A DNA stretch of 63,420 nucleotides, counting the filler, from Octopus bimaculoides (Eukaryota): NCBI RefSeq assembly GCF_001194135.2. It is 6 parts of 6 records of this genome, joined end to end, with 100 filler letters (N's around TTAATTAATTAA, not from the genome) between each part and the next. Parts side by side here need not be neighbours in the genome. Positions count along the whole stretch, not along the records: positions 43,395 to 50,162 come from NW_026325913.1; positions 50,263 to 57,681 come from NC_068988.1; positions 57,782 to 63,420 come from NC_068987.1; 3 more parts are not named here. The stretch is one strand, 5' to 3'. The translations under genes were made by a program, and so were the position numbers. Below the pieces are notes generated by a model that worked only from the letters and a program-made list of their open reading frames with translations, made no database searches and had not been told where the DNA came from. Of the stretch, positions 49,280 to 61,665 are shown piece by piece (position 1 is the stretch's first letter; every line of letters starts with the position of its first letter).

Positions 49280-49461
49280 TGAAACAAGGTGAGAAAAAAA
49301 TAGTACTCGTTCATAAACATCTGTTACTCTGAGTTTTACATTCATGTTCGTCGGGAACGGGAAACTCTGAGTAGCAGAGTAGTCTTTGCAGCTTTATTAA
49401 GAAAGCATATTACTCTACCTCCGGTATTCGAGTACTATTTTTTTTTACTCACTTTGTTTCA
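49280..49461. mobile_element. Small TIR element, ~180 bp
   Basis: TGAAACAAGGTGAGAAAAAAATAGTACTCG / CGAGTACTATTTTTTTTTACTCACTTTGTTTCA. Confidence 0.65.
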
Positions 49462-49564
49462 TATTCATACGCTTATTCTGGAATACACAATCACACACAC
49501 ACACACACATACACACACACAAACACACACACACATACACACACACAAACACACACACATACAC

Positions 49565-49613
<49 letters not shown>

Positions 49614-49726
49614 TACACACACGCACACACACGCACATGTATATATGCATACTGTGTAAATATAAGGGTAGAGAATTAAAATAATTTATAACCAATGGTT
49701 CGCATGCGTAGTAAAAGTTATAAGTT

Positions 49727-50046
49727 TAAATATAAGAATGGATAAAGGTTTATACAGAGAGGAGACCCTTGACAGGACACCTTACATGATAAAAAAGGCA
49801 GTTAAATCCCAAACCACAAAAAAGGGATTCCTAAGACACGCTGTTAATGGCACTAGAGTGAACAAAATAAGAAAAAAGTTGAAATGTATAAAACTAATTT
49901 TTATTTTGTTTATTTTAGTGCCATTAACAGCGTGTCTTAATAATTCGTTTTTCGTGGTTTGGGTCTAGCTGCCCTTTTTAGCATGTAAGTAGTCGTGACA
50001 AGGGTCTACTCTTTGTGTATAAATCTTTATACACTCTTACCGTTTA
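49727..50046. mobile_element. Foldback (near-palindromic) element, ~320 bp
   Basis: ~150-bp arms with a short loop near 49875-49895; the core TAAGACACGCTGTTAATGGCACTA / TAGTGCCATTAACAGCGTGTCTTA is perfect. Confidence 0.85.
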
Positions 50047-50162
50047 CAGTTTTGTCACGTCCTGTACCCATATATGCATATATATATATATATATATATA
50101 TGCATATATATATACACGCATATATATTTATGATTTATATTATATATGTATATATATGCATA

Positions 50163-50262
50163 NNNNNNNNNNNNNNNNNNNNNNNNNNNNNNNNNNNNNN
50201 NNNNNNTTAATTAATTAANNNNNNNNNNNNNNNNNNNNNNNNNNNNNNNNNNNNNNNNNNNN
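50163..50262. other. Artificial scaffold-joining spacer
   Basis: 44 N + TTAATTAATTAA + 44 N. Confidence 0.95.
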
Positions 50263-50769
50263 TTACAGCTTAATGGTGAAATTCAAAAGTCTTCGTTTTG
50301 GCGCGCTAATTCCAGGAATATATCTGCAGAAAATATTTACTGCGTCGTATATATTCAGTATGAGAGATTGGCAATGGGTAATGCATTATTATAAAATATG
50401 GTAATTAATCATATATTAATTAATATCGATTAATTATCAGGAGGCCAGCACATCTAAAGAATCAAAGAGATTCAGAAATAATATCTGCAATCTCAGGGGA
50501 TTAAGGTACATTTTTAAAGATAACGTTGACCACTAACGTGGACAATTAATGTGCTAGAAATAGATCACATCTTGTGTCTATTAAGACCTAAATTGCTCTC
50601 AGCATGAAATATAGCAGTATACCAAAACGTAATATGGTCTAGCAGATGGATTGAGACTAATTTTCAGCAGTAGTCTTCGTGGGTTTAACATGCCATGTTT
50701 TGACAAATCCATGAATTGTTGGAAATATAATCCTCCTCTTTACTTTTAGGTAAATAGTGAACTGATTCG

Positions 50770-51862
50770 ACAAGAGACTGTCATGAACGACAGAATCGTC
50801 CACGATTGTTGTTTGGCGCGTACAGGGTACACTCTCAAAGAAATTGTTATGTTGAAGAAGCTTCCAAGAGCAGCAGTTTATCGTGTGTATAAACAATTTA
50901 AAGTAGAAGGTAAGATTGATAGAAACGTACAAGAGTTGATGTGATTCCAAGTGCAAGCTACAGTTTCTCGATGGCTTCAAAACGCTCCATTGAAACCAAC
51001 CTATCCACATAAATGACAACTCATGCAAAGAAACGTAATGCGTCTCTTTCCACGGTGTCCAGAGCTGTGAATAGGATATGTGAATGACTATCGATGTCCG
51101 AAAATGCTGTTAACTCCTGACAGTCAAGGCTAAAGCAATCAGAGTCGAGAAGTGCCAAAGCTTCTGCCATACATCAAGCATCAAGATGCAGGTAAAACTC
51201 ATGTGCTTATGGATGAGAAGTTCACTGTGGATGCTGACGTGAAGCTCAGAAATTTACGAGTTATTGCATACATCCCTTCTGACGTCCCACTTGCGTTTGG
51301 GACTAAGAATCCAACCTGTTTGACCGTATATGGAGCTCTAGCGAGTGATGGAAGGGTCATGGATTCACACTTTATTGAGTTTCGATTGAAGATGGAGACA
51401 AAGGCGTACATGGACATCCTGAAGAACTCTGTGTTACTTTGAATGGTGCAAAAGTTAGGTCTTGGCAATGTGGTGCTTATCGAGAATTGTGTCAAATGCA
51501 ATATGTGAGGGCCAACATTTTGTCCAGTAATAGCCAAGATCTCAATCTTCTCGATTACATTTTATGAAGCGTACTTCAAGTAAGGTCCAATGCTTTACCA
51601 CACACGAGTATCGACAGTTTCAATACCTGCATTGTGCAAGCGACACGCAAATTCAAGTAGCTAGCGGTTTTGGCAGCTACCAAAAAGTTTCGTTCTTGTG
51701 TGGAGGCAGTAATTGCCCAAAATGTTGGCCATACTGAGTAATAAATGATTTTGTTGTAATAAATGTTCCATTTAAATTATATCTGTGTATTACCATTCTT
51801 GTAGTATTTATAACCAATTTTACGCATCGTAAGAATTGTCTCATTTTTCTGCAAGACGCTGT
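50770..51862 (+). mobile_element. Decayed maT/DD37D-like Tc1-mariner transposon with its right end
   Basis: N-terminal HTH-like GYTLKEIV..AVYRVYKQFK; DEKFTVD..RN.RVIA..PSDVP..TKNP..VYGALASDG; DLNLLDY (third catalytic residue D); ends ..GTCTCATTTTTCTGCAAGACGCTG|TA. Multiple stops. Confidence 0.8.
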
Positions 51863-52098
51863 ATATATATATATATNNNNNNNNNNNNNNNNNNNNNNNN
51901 NNNNNNNNNNNNNNNNNNNNNNNNNNNNNNNNNNNNNNNNNNNNNNNNNNNNNNNNNNNNNNNNNNNNNNNNNNNNNNNNNNNNNNNNNNNNNNNNNNNN
52001 NNNNNNNNNNNNNNNNNNNNNNNNNNNNNNNNNNNNNNNNNNNNNNNNNNNNNNNNNNNNNNNNNNNNNNNNNNNNNNNNNNNNNNNNNNNNNNNNNN

Positions 52099-52150
<52 letters not shown>

Positions 52151-52177
52151 TACATATACATATATATATATATGTGT

Positions 52178-52217
<40 letters not shown>

Positions 52218-52845
52218 CTGCGCATATTTAAGTTTGTTTTTACATTGTGGATGATATAAATTAGCCATGCAAAAACTCACATATCTGTTGACTTTACTTA
52301 AACATTTATTTTCTGGTGTCGACCTCGTTCTAATTGGAGCCTAGTCTCTAAAACATTTCAGTACAAGATTATTTTCCTTTTGCAGAATTTACGTTGATCC
52401 CGAATAAAGTGGCAGCATTGTTTTAGTTACATCAAAGCTCTTTGTGTTTATGGTTCTTTGGCATATATTTGTGTGCTTGCTGAAAAACCTGCACACTGAT
52501 AGTGAGTGTGCCTTTTCCGACAGAACATCTTGAGTGTGGGGGGGGGGGGCGTGTATATGTGTACGTACCTGTCTGCATTCCTCGTGTATATTTCATTCTG
52601 TACATATTTTCAGTCAGTGAAGAATCGTTGAAATGTTTAACTAATTTTCGGTGTGCCTATCCTTAATTTCATTTGAAGAATACGAACAATTTGTCTCTAT
52701 GTTTTGGCGATTACATGCATTTCTCTTTTCATATGGCGACATGCATCTCTGTAAGATGCTATGTATTTACGTGTCTATATACGCGTGCACACATATATAT
52801 AGATGTATGTATGTATGTATGCATGTATGCATGTATGTATGTATA

Positions 52846-53640
52846 CGAGGTGGTATCAAAACGTTCCCGGACTAGTTATGTTTAATAAAGAAATTACTTT
52901 TTTACCTACGTTCTAATAGTCAGCTTGCACAGCAATACACCTGTTCCAGCTTTCCTCCCACATTTGGAATCCAGAATGGAGGCCTTTTCTGTAAGCAAGT
53001 CGAGTACCTTCTGCAGTTCGCTTTGGTTCTCGACAATGGTGTTAAAATGGGAACCTTTGCGCTGCAGTTTCATCTTGGGTAAGTAGATAGATATCCGCAC
53101 GTGCTAAATCCTGCTAATAGGGCGGGTGCAGAAGCAATTACATGATGTTTTGGTGGAGAAACTCATGAGTGAGGAGAGGTCGGTGACGGTGTCATTGTTA
53201 AGAATTCAATTCGTGCTCCACAGATGCGGTTACTTTCGCCAGATATCTTCCCGCAAACGCTTTAAACATCAAATAGAACTAACGATTGACAGTCTGTCTC
53301 AGAGGGACGAATTCTCCACGCACAATACTGCGTATGTCGAAAAGAAAAAAAAAACGATGAGCAAGCTCTTGAATTAGCTGTGTCTCCGTCGTTACTTCTT
53401 CGGTTGTGGAGATGAAGGGCTCTGCCATTGTGACGAATCCTGCTTCGTTTCAGGGTCATTCTTGTAAACACAACTTTTTTTATCGGTGTTGATCCTCGAC
53501 ATGCAGTATGGGTCATCAGCAGCACGCTGACGGAAATCTTTTGCGCGCTAGAGAAGTTGTCCGGAAACCTTTTGGTACTATATCGAACTCCCATTCTGTG
53601 GAGTTAATTGCATGGGACTATATATTCGGTACTCCATGCA
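52846..53640 (-). mobile_element. Decayed mariner (DD34D-type) transposase 3' part with TIR
   Basis: TA|CGAGGTGGTATCAAAACGTTCCCGGACT TIR. Minus-strand translation gives DPETKQDSSQWQSPSSPQPKK, EFVPLRQTVN, HPPY*QDLARAD and PKMKLQRKG, with frameshifts. Confidence 0.88.
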
Positions 53641-53949
53641 GCGTAGGATAAATATATAAATAACGAGAAAAATATCACGGATGGAGACTTTTATATATTT
53701 TATCAATACTTCGCAATTTATATTTCGGCATGACATGTATTTTTATGTGTTTACTTCACCACATCCATAGGATATTATTACATATCATTTATGATATTTA
53801 TATCAACCATGTACCCTAAGAGAGTTCATCAATTCTCAATTCATACCTACTCAAGAAGTTTCATCAATGCTTTTAGGAATGCATTCTTATTTAGGCTTCA
53901 CGATATTAATGACGGTCGGTATGTAAACATAAAAATACCAGAATATATG

Positions 53950-54608
53950 TAAACGTTATGGACAGCCGGATTGTATGTAGACACTATAAGATGTGGGAGC
54001 ATATGTAGACACAGTAGAATTCCGGTATATTTACAGACACTTCATAATGACAGGTTATATAGAGATATATTAATATAGCGGACTATATGCTGACACAGCA
54101 ATATGCCAGAGTATATGTAGATGCAGAAAATGCCGTACTATATGTAGACACTATAAAATTCTGGTGTATGTGTAGACACTCCGAAATGACGGACTATATG
54201 TAGCCTCAGTAGAATGCTGGACTGTACCTAGACATCATGAAATGCCGGATTATTTGTAGACACAGTAAAATGCAGCACTATATTCAGATGCTCTAAAATG
54301 CCAGACTAATTGTAGACATTATAAAACAACGGAGTATATGTAGACACTGTAGAGTACCTGACTATATGTAGGCGTTATAAAATCCTAAACTATATGTAGG
54401 CATTGTGGAAGGCTAAACTGTATGTCAACACCATAAAATGCCGGACTATACATATGTATTATGCAATGCCGGATTATATATAGACACCTAAGTAATCTGG
54501 ACTATATATCCATATTACAATATGCCGGTGTATATGTATACGTTTTGACATGCCAGACTCTATGTTGTTTCTGTAAAATACCGAAGTGTATATAGACACT
54601 GAAATAAC
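53950..54608. repeat. 28-bp degenerate minisatellite, about 23 units
   Basis: Consensus near AAAATGCCGGACTATATGTAGACACTAT; consecutive 28-bp units counted from ~54127 to ~54470. Confidence 0.9.
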
Positions 54609-55388
54609 GGATTTTTTGTATCGGGTCCTATGAATAATTTCCAGAAATTCCTGGCCTGGCAGTGCTACCGGGGAGCTGTATCTGTTTGTGGTTAAGATCT
54701 CCAGACACGGAAGTACTGTCAGATGTACCTATCTCAGATGTGCCCAGACGGTCCTGCATGCACTCGTCCAGTGTCCGGGCGTTACTGACATATGGAACTT
54801 TGTCGAACAGTTGTTGATGCGTGTAGGACGGAGCCGGTTATCAACATTGTTAATCGTGCAGATCGCTCCAGTGCCTTCTTTTGGCCGAGAGTGAAAGGAA
54901 AGTTTCTTCTACCTGGTGGCTATGGTGAAGGAGGTAGTTTGGTGGACGAGACTGAAAAGATGGAAGACAGATATCTTCCTCTTCGGCTAAACCCACATCC
55001 ACTTTTCAAATTTCACTTGATAAGGAAAATGAAGGTGGAAAGGGGAATACTTCCCCCCATCCCCAGTGTTTTTATTGAAAGGTAGGCTGATGTTGTGAAG
55101 ATGGCCCGTGTGAAGATGGCCCGTGTGAAGGGGCCTACTCTGAACTTTCGCTTGTAAACCGGAGAAGATGTAGAGGGAGGCACGTGCATGGTAACCAGGA
55201 TGTGTGGAGTTCCTAGGAACTCTCTGAGAGGAACTAACACCTTTTGAGGAATTTTTATTGTTTAATTTTAATTATCAATTGTTATTGTTTTATATTCATA
55301 AATGACATTGTGCCAACCTCACATGCCCGTTGTGTAGTATGTCCCTATTTCTTTTCTGTTCGGCCTTTATTGCCAATGAAGAAAAATT
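54609..55388 (+). mobile_element. 5'-truncated L1/Tx1-clade LINE 3' end (zf-RVT region, ORF2 end, 3' UTR)
   Basis: FQKFLAWQCYRGAV..RCAQTVLHALVQCP..VAMVKEVVWWTRLK..RKMKVERGIL; homologous to the 61460-61665 segment; frameshifted. Confidence 0.8.
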
Positions 55389-55553
55389 AATGATGAAGAT
55401 GAAGATGATAATAATAATAATAATGATGATGTTGTTGATGATGATGATGATGATNNNNNNNNNNNNNNNNNNNNNNNNNNNNNNNNNNNNNNNNNNNNNN
55501 NNNNNNNNNNNNNNNNNNNNNNNNNNNNNNNNNNNNNNNNNNNNNNNNNNNNN

Positions 55554-55615
<62 letters not shown>

Positions 55616-55654
55616 TATAGTAACAACATCAATACCAAAAACCACAACAACAAT

Positions 55655-57178
55655 ATTAATAGAAAGTCAACCACTTGCTATTCATGGATGATCCAAGCTT
55701 AAAGGTAAAGAATCCCAAGTCAGTTATCTCGTTGATACTGTATATGCTTTCAGTGCTTATATCAGAATGGAGTTCGGACTGAAAAAGTGTGGTGCCTTAG
55801 TCTTGAAGAGAGGCAAAATCAAATGTATAGACGGGCACGCGATGCTGTCGGGTGATATTATGAAGTAAATGGAAGGGATGGGCTATAAGTACTTTGGGAT
55901 AAGTGAAATGGATAAATTGATGGAGATAGAAATGACAGAAAAAATTAAGGTGGAGTATTGGACAGACAGAGACTGATACTTAAGTAGAAATTAAACGGAC
56001 GGAATAAGATTGACGCTATCAACACCTAGGTGGAGCAAGGTCTTGAAATATGGAACAAGGGTTATCGCATGTACATTTGACGAACTAAAAGGATTAGACA
56101 GAAAGACAAGAAAGTTGCTGACTATATAAGGAATACTCCATCCAAAGAATGACATAGACTGTATCTACTAACAAAAAGAAGGGAAGTGGACTGATTGGCT
56201 GCGAACACAGCATTAGAGCAGAAGTAAACAACATAGCATGGTATGTAAAAATTTCCACGGAACCACTATTATTGGAAGTAAGACTGTGACGGAGGGAAGA
56301 TTGCAAAGATAAAGCACTGCACAAGGACTTGAAAAATTGAAAATAGGTGGAATTAAGAAAAGAACGCATGCGCAAATTGGTAGGAATGTTGAAGATAAGA
56401 CAGACATTAAAAAATGGCTATGGATGACTAAAAGTTATTTAAAACCGTAAATGGAGGCTCTATTCTGTGCTGCCCAAGAGCAAGCATTAAGAATCAATTA
56501 ATGATATACAGAATAGACAACACGTCAGAAAGTGATAAGTGCAGAATTTATGGACAAAATGGTGTAACCGCATGGCATATTACCCCTCAATGTACTCCAC
56601 TAACCCAGAGAGAATATAAGCGACGTCATGACAGTCAGTATAGGAAGGATTCTCCATTGGACACTTTGCAACAAGGATGGACTTGACAAAGCAAAAAATT
56701 TGTGCGAACGTAAACCCAAAAATGATAATGCATCGTAAATGATAACATAAATATCCCATAGCATGTTATGATTCAGTGAGATAGAGAATACGAAACCAGA
56801 CTTATCGTCAATTGAGAAAGAAAGCAAACGATGCTGGATCATACATATAGCATGCCCAGCTGACATCAATGTGTGCGATAAGGAAGAAAGAAAAGTCGAT
56901 AGATATCACAGGTTAGCTTGGAGTTGTGGCCGATGGAAAACATGGTAGTCATACCAATAATTGTGGGATTCCTGAGAACAGTGAGTAAAAATCTTGAGAA
57001 ATACATGGAACAAATAGGGGCTGCAATAAGCTTGGAGCACTTGCAGAACACAGCACTGCTTGGAACAACTCGAATACTCCGGATAATGGTCGAAAAATAA
57101 GGGGTGTTATCTTAGTTCACTGGTAGTGAACAACTGACACCGTAATACATCTCCAGCATTAGAAGCTGTGCAAAGACA
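55655..57178 (+). mobile_element. 5'-truncated R4/Dong-clade retrotransposon (RT 3' half, zinc knuckle, REL), pseudogenised, between (AAT)n arrays
   Basis: KVNHLLFMDD (55681-92), MEFGLKKC, GYKYFG, LDRKTRKLLT, KCRIYG..WHIT..C..L..REYKRRHD, KPDL, LQNTALLGTTRILR; (AAT)n at 55554-55617 and 57179-57282. Confidence 0.9.
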
Positions 57179-57200
57179 TATAATAATAATAATAATAATG

Positions 57201-57282
<82 letters not shown>

Positions 57283-57284
57283 GA

Positions 57285-57352
57285 TAACACCGGGGAAGTT
57301 TAACATATAACACCGGGGAAGTTTAACATATAACACCGGGGAAGTTTAACAT
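57285..57352. repeat. 23-bp unit x3 (TAACACCGGGGAAGTTTAACATA)
   Basis: Perfect tandem copies. Confidence 0.95.
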
Positions 57353-57426
57353 GTGAGTACGATAAATCACTGCTCCGAAACTTATCCAAAAACATCGGAA
57401 ATAAAGACATCGCATGGAGCCCAAAT

Positions 57427-57681
57427 ATAGCTGACAAAGGGTTGGACTATACCCGAGTAAGTAATACTCATTGAAATTTATTCCTATTTTTCCAAATATA
57501 ATGATGTATTTTAACTTGATACCTCCACTACCCGAACAGCGATCGTAAACACAGGTGTTACATCAAAATACAGACCATCCCCAAACCCAAACACCATATA
57601 CAAAAAATAGCTGACAAAGGGTTGGACTATATCCGAGTAAGTAATACTCATTGAAATTTATCTCTATTTTTACAAATATAA
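57427..57681. repeat. ~75-bp direct repeat with 180-bp period
   Basis: ATAGCTGACAAAGGGTTGGACTATA(C/T)CCGAGTAAGTAATACTCATTGAAATTTAT.. at 57427-57501 and 57607-57681. Confidence 0.9.
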
Positions 57682-57781
57682 NNNNNNNNNNNNNNNNNNN
57701 NNNNNNNNNNNNNNNNNNNNNNNNNTTAATTAATTAANNNNNNNNNNNNNNNNNNNNNNNNNNNNNNNNNNNNNNNNNNNN
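57682..57781. other. Artificial scaffold-joining spacer
   Basis: 44 N + TTAATTAATTAA + 44 N. Confidence 0.95.
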
Positions 57782-57820
<39 letters not shown>

Positions 57821-58589
57821 ATGTGTATGTATGTATGTATGCATGCATGCATGTATGTACGTATGTATATATGTATGTATGTATTAATATATACATGCAT
57901 ATACATATATAAATATAACATACAAATATAATACACAGACGCACACACATATTGGTTATTGATCTTAGGAAACATGGATTTTATTTCTAACACAATACTG
58001 AAAGGTTTAAATGTATGTATGTATGTATTTATGCATGTGTGTGTTTGTGTGTATGTGTATGCTTGCATGTAGCTGTATGTGTGTGTATGCGCGCGCACAT
58101 CTGGGCGTATATCTGTGTGTGTATATACTGCGATATTCATGCAAGAAAGCATTTCTAAAATTTTAATAACTTAATAACAAGTTTTTATGTAGAACTTTTT
58201 TCTGTGAAATATTTGCATACATTTTATTATTATGCAATATCCATATGCGAATATGTTTTTGGTTTCTGTGATGAATGAATATTTTAAAAGCCAGTAGATA
58301 ATTTTAATTTTTAAGACTTTAGAAAAATCATATTTTTATGCTTCATCATATATATTTCCATGTAATTCTAAATTGATTTGTAACACATAAAACAGAGGAA
58401 GATTTAACAGGTGTGTTTTATTTAGTGTGAGTTCTGGAGTAGACAATATGTCGTGTTCTGTTTGGTGTTCTCATGGAAAATATGTCTGCTTTGCCCCCAA
58501 AGCGAGCAGGCAACAACGCGTTGACCATGAGAAGAAAATGGATATGGGGGTAGGATTGGTTGTGTGGCAAGAAGATTGGTTGTGTGGCA

Positions 58590-59018
58590 AGGTAGAGAGC
58601 TGGCAGAAACGTTAGCACGCCGGGCGAAATGCTTAGTGGTATTTCGTCTGCCGTTACGTTCTGAGTTCAAATTCCGCCGAGGTCGACTTTGCCTTTCATC
58701 CTTTCGGGGTCGATAAATTAAGTACCAGTTATGCACTGGGGTCGATGTAATCGACTTAATCCCTGTGTCTATCCTTGTTTGTCCCCTCTATGTTTAGCCC
58801 CTTGTGGGCAATAAAGAAATAAGAAGCTTGCTTCATAACAACACGGTTCTGGGTTCAGTCCCATTGCCTGGCACTTTAGTAAATATATCTTCTGCTATAG
58901 CCTCGGGTCGACCAAAGCCTTCCCAATAACTTTGGTAGACGGAAGCTGGAAGAAGCCCATCGCATATTTGTCTGTCTGTCTGTCTATCTGTCTATCTGTC
59001 TATCTATCTATCTATCTA

Positions 59019-59059
<41 letters not shown>

Positions 59060-59250
59060 GGGTGCGTGTTTTTGTTCACCTGTTACCACCGTTTGAAAAT
59101 TGGTGTTGATGTATTTTCGTCTATGTAACTTAGCGGCTCGGCAAAAGATAGCTTTAAAAAACAAGCAATGGGGGTCGATTTGTTCCACTGAAATCCTTCA
59201 AGACAGTGCCCCAGCGTGGCCGCAGTACAACGACTGAAACAAGTCAATGA
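58590..59250 (+). mobile_element. Young SINE-A (~58590-58822) directly followed by SINE-B (~58820-59250)
   Basis: Near-consensus SINE-A whose tail ..AAAGAAATAAGAAGCTTGCTTC merges into a SINE-B head lacking its first bases. Confidence 0.9.
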
Positions 59251-60048
59251 AAAAAGTTCAAAGACACTGTATTAATTTAAGTCTTCTTACTCTATCTTCC
59301 CAGCTCTCGTTTTGTTTTAACTTCCACTTTATTCGTTTCGTTTCGTTTGATTTCACTCTCTATGTTTCATAAACGTGATATCTGAAAACTTCTTTCTCAT
59401 TCTTTTAAACTTTCACTTCCTTTTCTCTATTATTAATACTTTTAGGTTATTAACGATAACCTACATGACCCTCTCTCTCTCTCTCTCTTATATCATACAG
59501 CGTTTTCCCATACCTCACCACTACTCATAATTTACTTTCCATATTTTACAAAATCTCTTTTCCTCCTCTCTACAGTAAATTTTTTTCTATCAATTATTGG
59601 TCTTCCATACATTATAAATTTGAAGATGATCTTTTTGCATGTGTATACTGGAGTTGAAAAATTCATATAACCATGATATTCTGTCAATCTGAAGAGCTAA
59701 CCTTCCATATCTGCATTGGTTTCTAAAATATACAGTAGTACCATGCATACTAATGCAGGCATATAGAATAATTTCTTATACATTAAAATAAATTATTTTG
59801 GTATGATGTTGGCTGCAAAACGGCCGTCGTCCTATGGATATCAACTGGTGAAATAAATATATTCATCTCATACCTCCTGACTTACGTTATAATCTATATA
59901 CACCTCATGAATTAATTTTCAATGATTTGATATTCTAGATTTCATCTGCATTACACTCTTAATGGTTTACTTTGTGGTATGTAGCCGGGTCCACTATAAG
60001 AACTTTTTTGTGATTACCATTAGATTATATAAATCCATATACTGTACA

Positions 60049-61665
60049 TCCAAAGCTTTCGATAGGATAGACCATCGATACTTGGAGGCTGTCCTCATAG
60101 GGGCTGGTTTCGGTCCCGTCTTCCGCGGCTGGATAGCTGCTTTGTACAGAGGCATTCGTTCTGTAATTCGCGTAAATGGACATCTATCGAGACCCTTCGG
60201 CATTGCACGTTTGGTCCGTCAGGGATGCCCCCTCTCGTCGTTTCTATACGTATTGACTCTCGGGCCTCTACTGCCGAAGCTGGCGATGCTGAGGGGCATC
60301 CCGCAAGATTGGGATGCGGGACGAGCATGTCTGCATACGCGGACGACGTCACCGTCATTGTGTCTAGTCAGAAGCACATCGAGCTTGTCGGCAAGACATT
60401 GAAAGACTACGAAGCGGTAACAGGAGCGAAAATCAACAAGAAAAATCAGTGGGTTTGCGGCTCGACACCTGAAGAAGCAAGCCCATGTCATTCACCAGCG
60501 CCTCCGTCGTGGGACGCTGGNNNNNNNNNNAGAGGCATTCGTTCTGTAATTCGCGTAAATGGACATCTATCGAGACCCTTCGGCATTGCACGTTTGGTCC
60601 GTCAGGGATGCCCCCTCTCGTCGTTTCTATACGTATTGACTCTCGGGCCTCTACTGCCGAAGCTGGCGATGCTGAGGGGCATCCCGCAAGATTGGGATGC
60701 GGGACGAGCATGTCTGCATACGCGGACGACGTCACCGTCATTGTGTCTAGTCAGAAGCACATCGAGCTTGTCGGCAAGACATTGAAAGACTACGAAGCGG
60801 TAACAGGAGCGAAAATCAACAAGAAAAATCAGTGGGTTTGCGGCTCGACACCTGAAGAAGCAAGCCCATGTCATTCACCAGCGCCTCCGTCGTGGGACGC
60901 TGGACCGACGGTCCGGTTGAGTTGCTCGGGGTCTGGTTTGGTCCGGACTTCGAAACAGAGAAGAGCTGGAACAAGATAACGAGTAGGATGGTCACTCTCG
61001 CCCGGCAATGGGCCGAGAGGAAGCTGTCCCTAAAAGGGCGCGCGGGGGTGGCGAACACGTACATCGCTTCCGTCATCTACTACCACCTGACCGTCGTGCG
61101 TTGTCTCGGCCCTACCATCACCAAACTAGAACGCACCCTCTTCCGCTTCTTGTGGAAAGGATGCGTTCCGATGGTCAGGCGATCCGTTTGCTGCCAACAC
61201 CCGTTAAAAGGAGGACTGGACATGCCATGGTTGATGATGCACAGACACGTGCTGAGACTGCGACTTCTCCGGCTCTACGTAGACGACGGTGAACAGATGT
61301 GGTCGCTGTTTGTGAGGTGCGCTTTCCCGCAGCTCGTCTCCAAGACCGAACTGCAGTCGTGGATCAAAAAGTGGTGGTCGAGGAAGGGCGAATAGCACCG
61401 CAAGTGTCGCGTTGCTCTCAGGCAACAATGCCATCCCAGGTCGACCTNNNNNNNNNNAGAGTCATTTTCATCGTACTTGTGGTTATGGTGAAAGAATGTG
61501 TATGGTGGACGCGCCTGAAAGGTCTAGGACAAACACTTTCCTCTCTGGTCAATCTCTCATCAACTTCTTCAAGTATCACTTGAAGAGGAAGGTGAGAGTA
61601 GAGCGGGAAGTTCTGTCTACTGAATACTTCAAAAAAAGATGGGCGAATGTAGCAAATTTGCAATT
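60049..61665 (+). mobile_element. L1/Tx1-clade ORF2 reverse transcriptase to C-terminus, 5'-truncated and frameshifted
   Basis: SKAFDRIDH..VRQGCPLS..SAYADDV..GAKIN; LLGVWFG; LSLKGRAGVAN..LFRFLWKG..KGGLDMP; KECVWWTRLK..RWANVA. 60148-60520 is repeated at 60531-60903 across a 10-N gap. Confidence 0.93.

Noticed and set aside
53553-53585. Apparent second TIR for the mariner element
   Set aside because: About 23 of 33 bases match the left TIR, but transposase-like coding sequence continues through and beyond it to ~53640, so it is likely coincidental.
53950-54608. CRISPR-like array (28-bp period; also the 23-bp repeat at 57285)
   Set aside because: Units are contiguous with no unique spacers, they are degenerate, there are no cas genes, and the context is eukaryotic.
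60148-60903. Tandem duplication inside the Tx1 RT (and 26762-27515 in SINE-B) as biological events
   Set aside because: Identical copies either side of a 10-N gap are typical unmerged contig overlaps.
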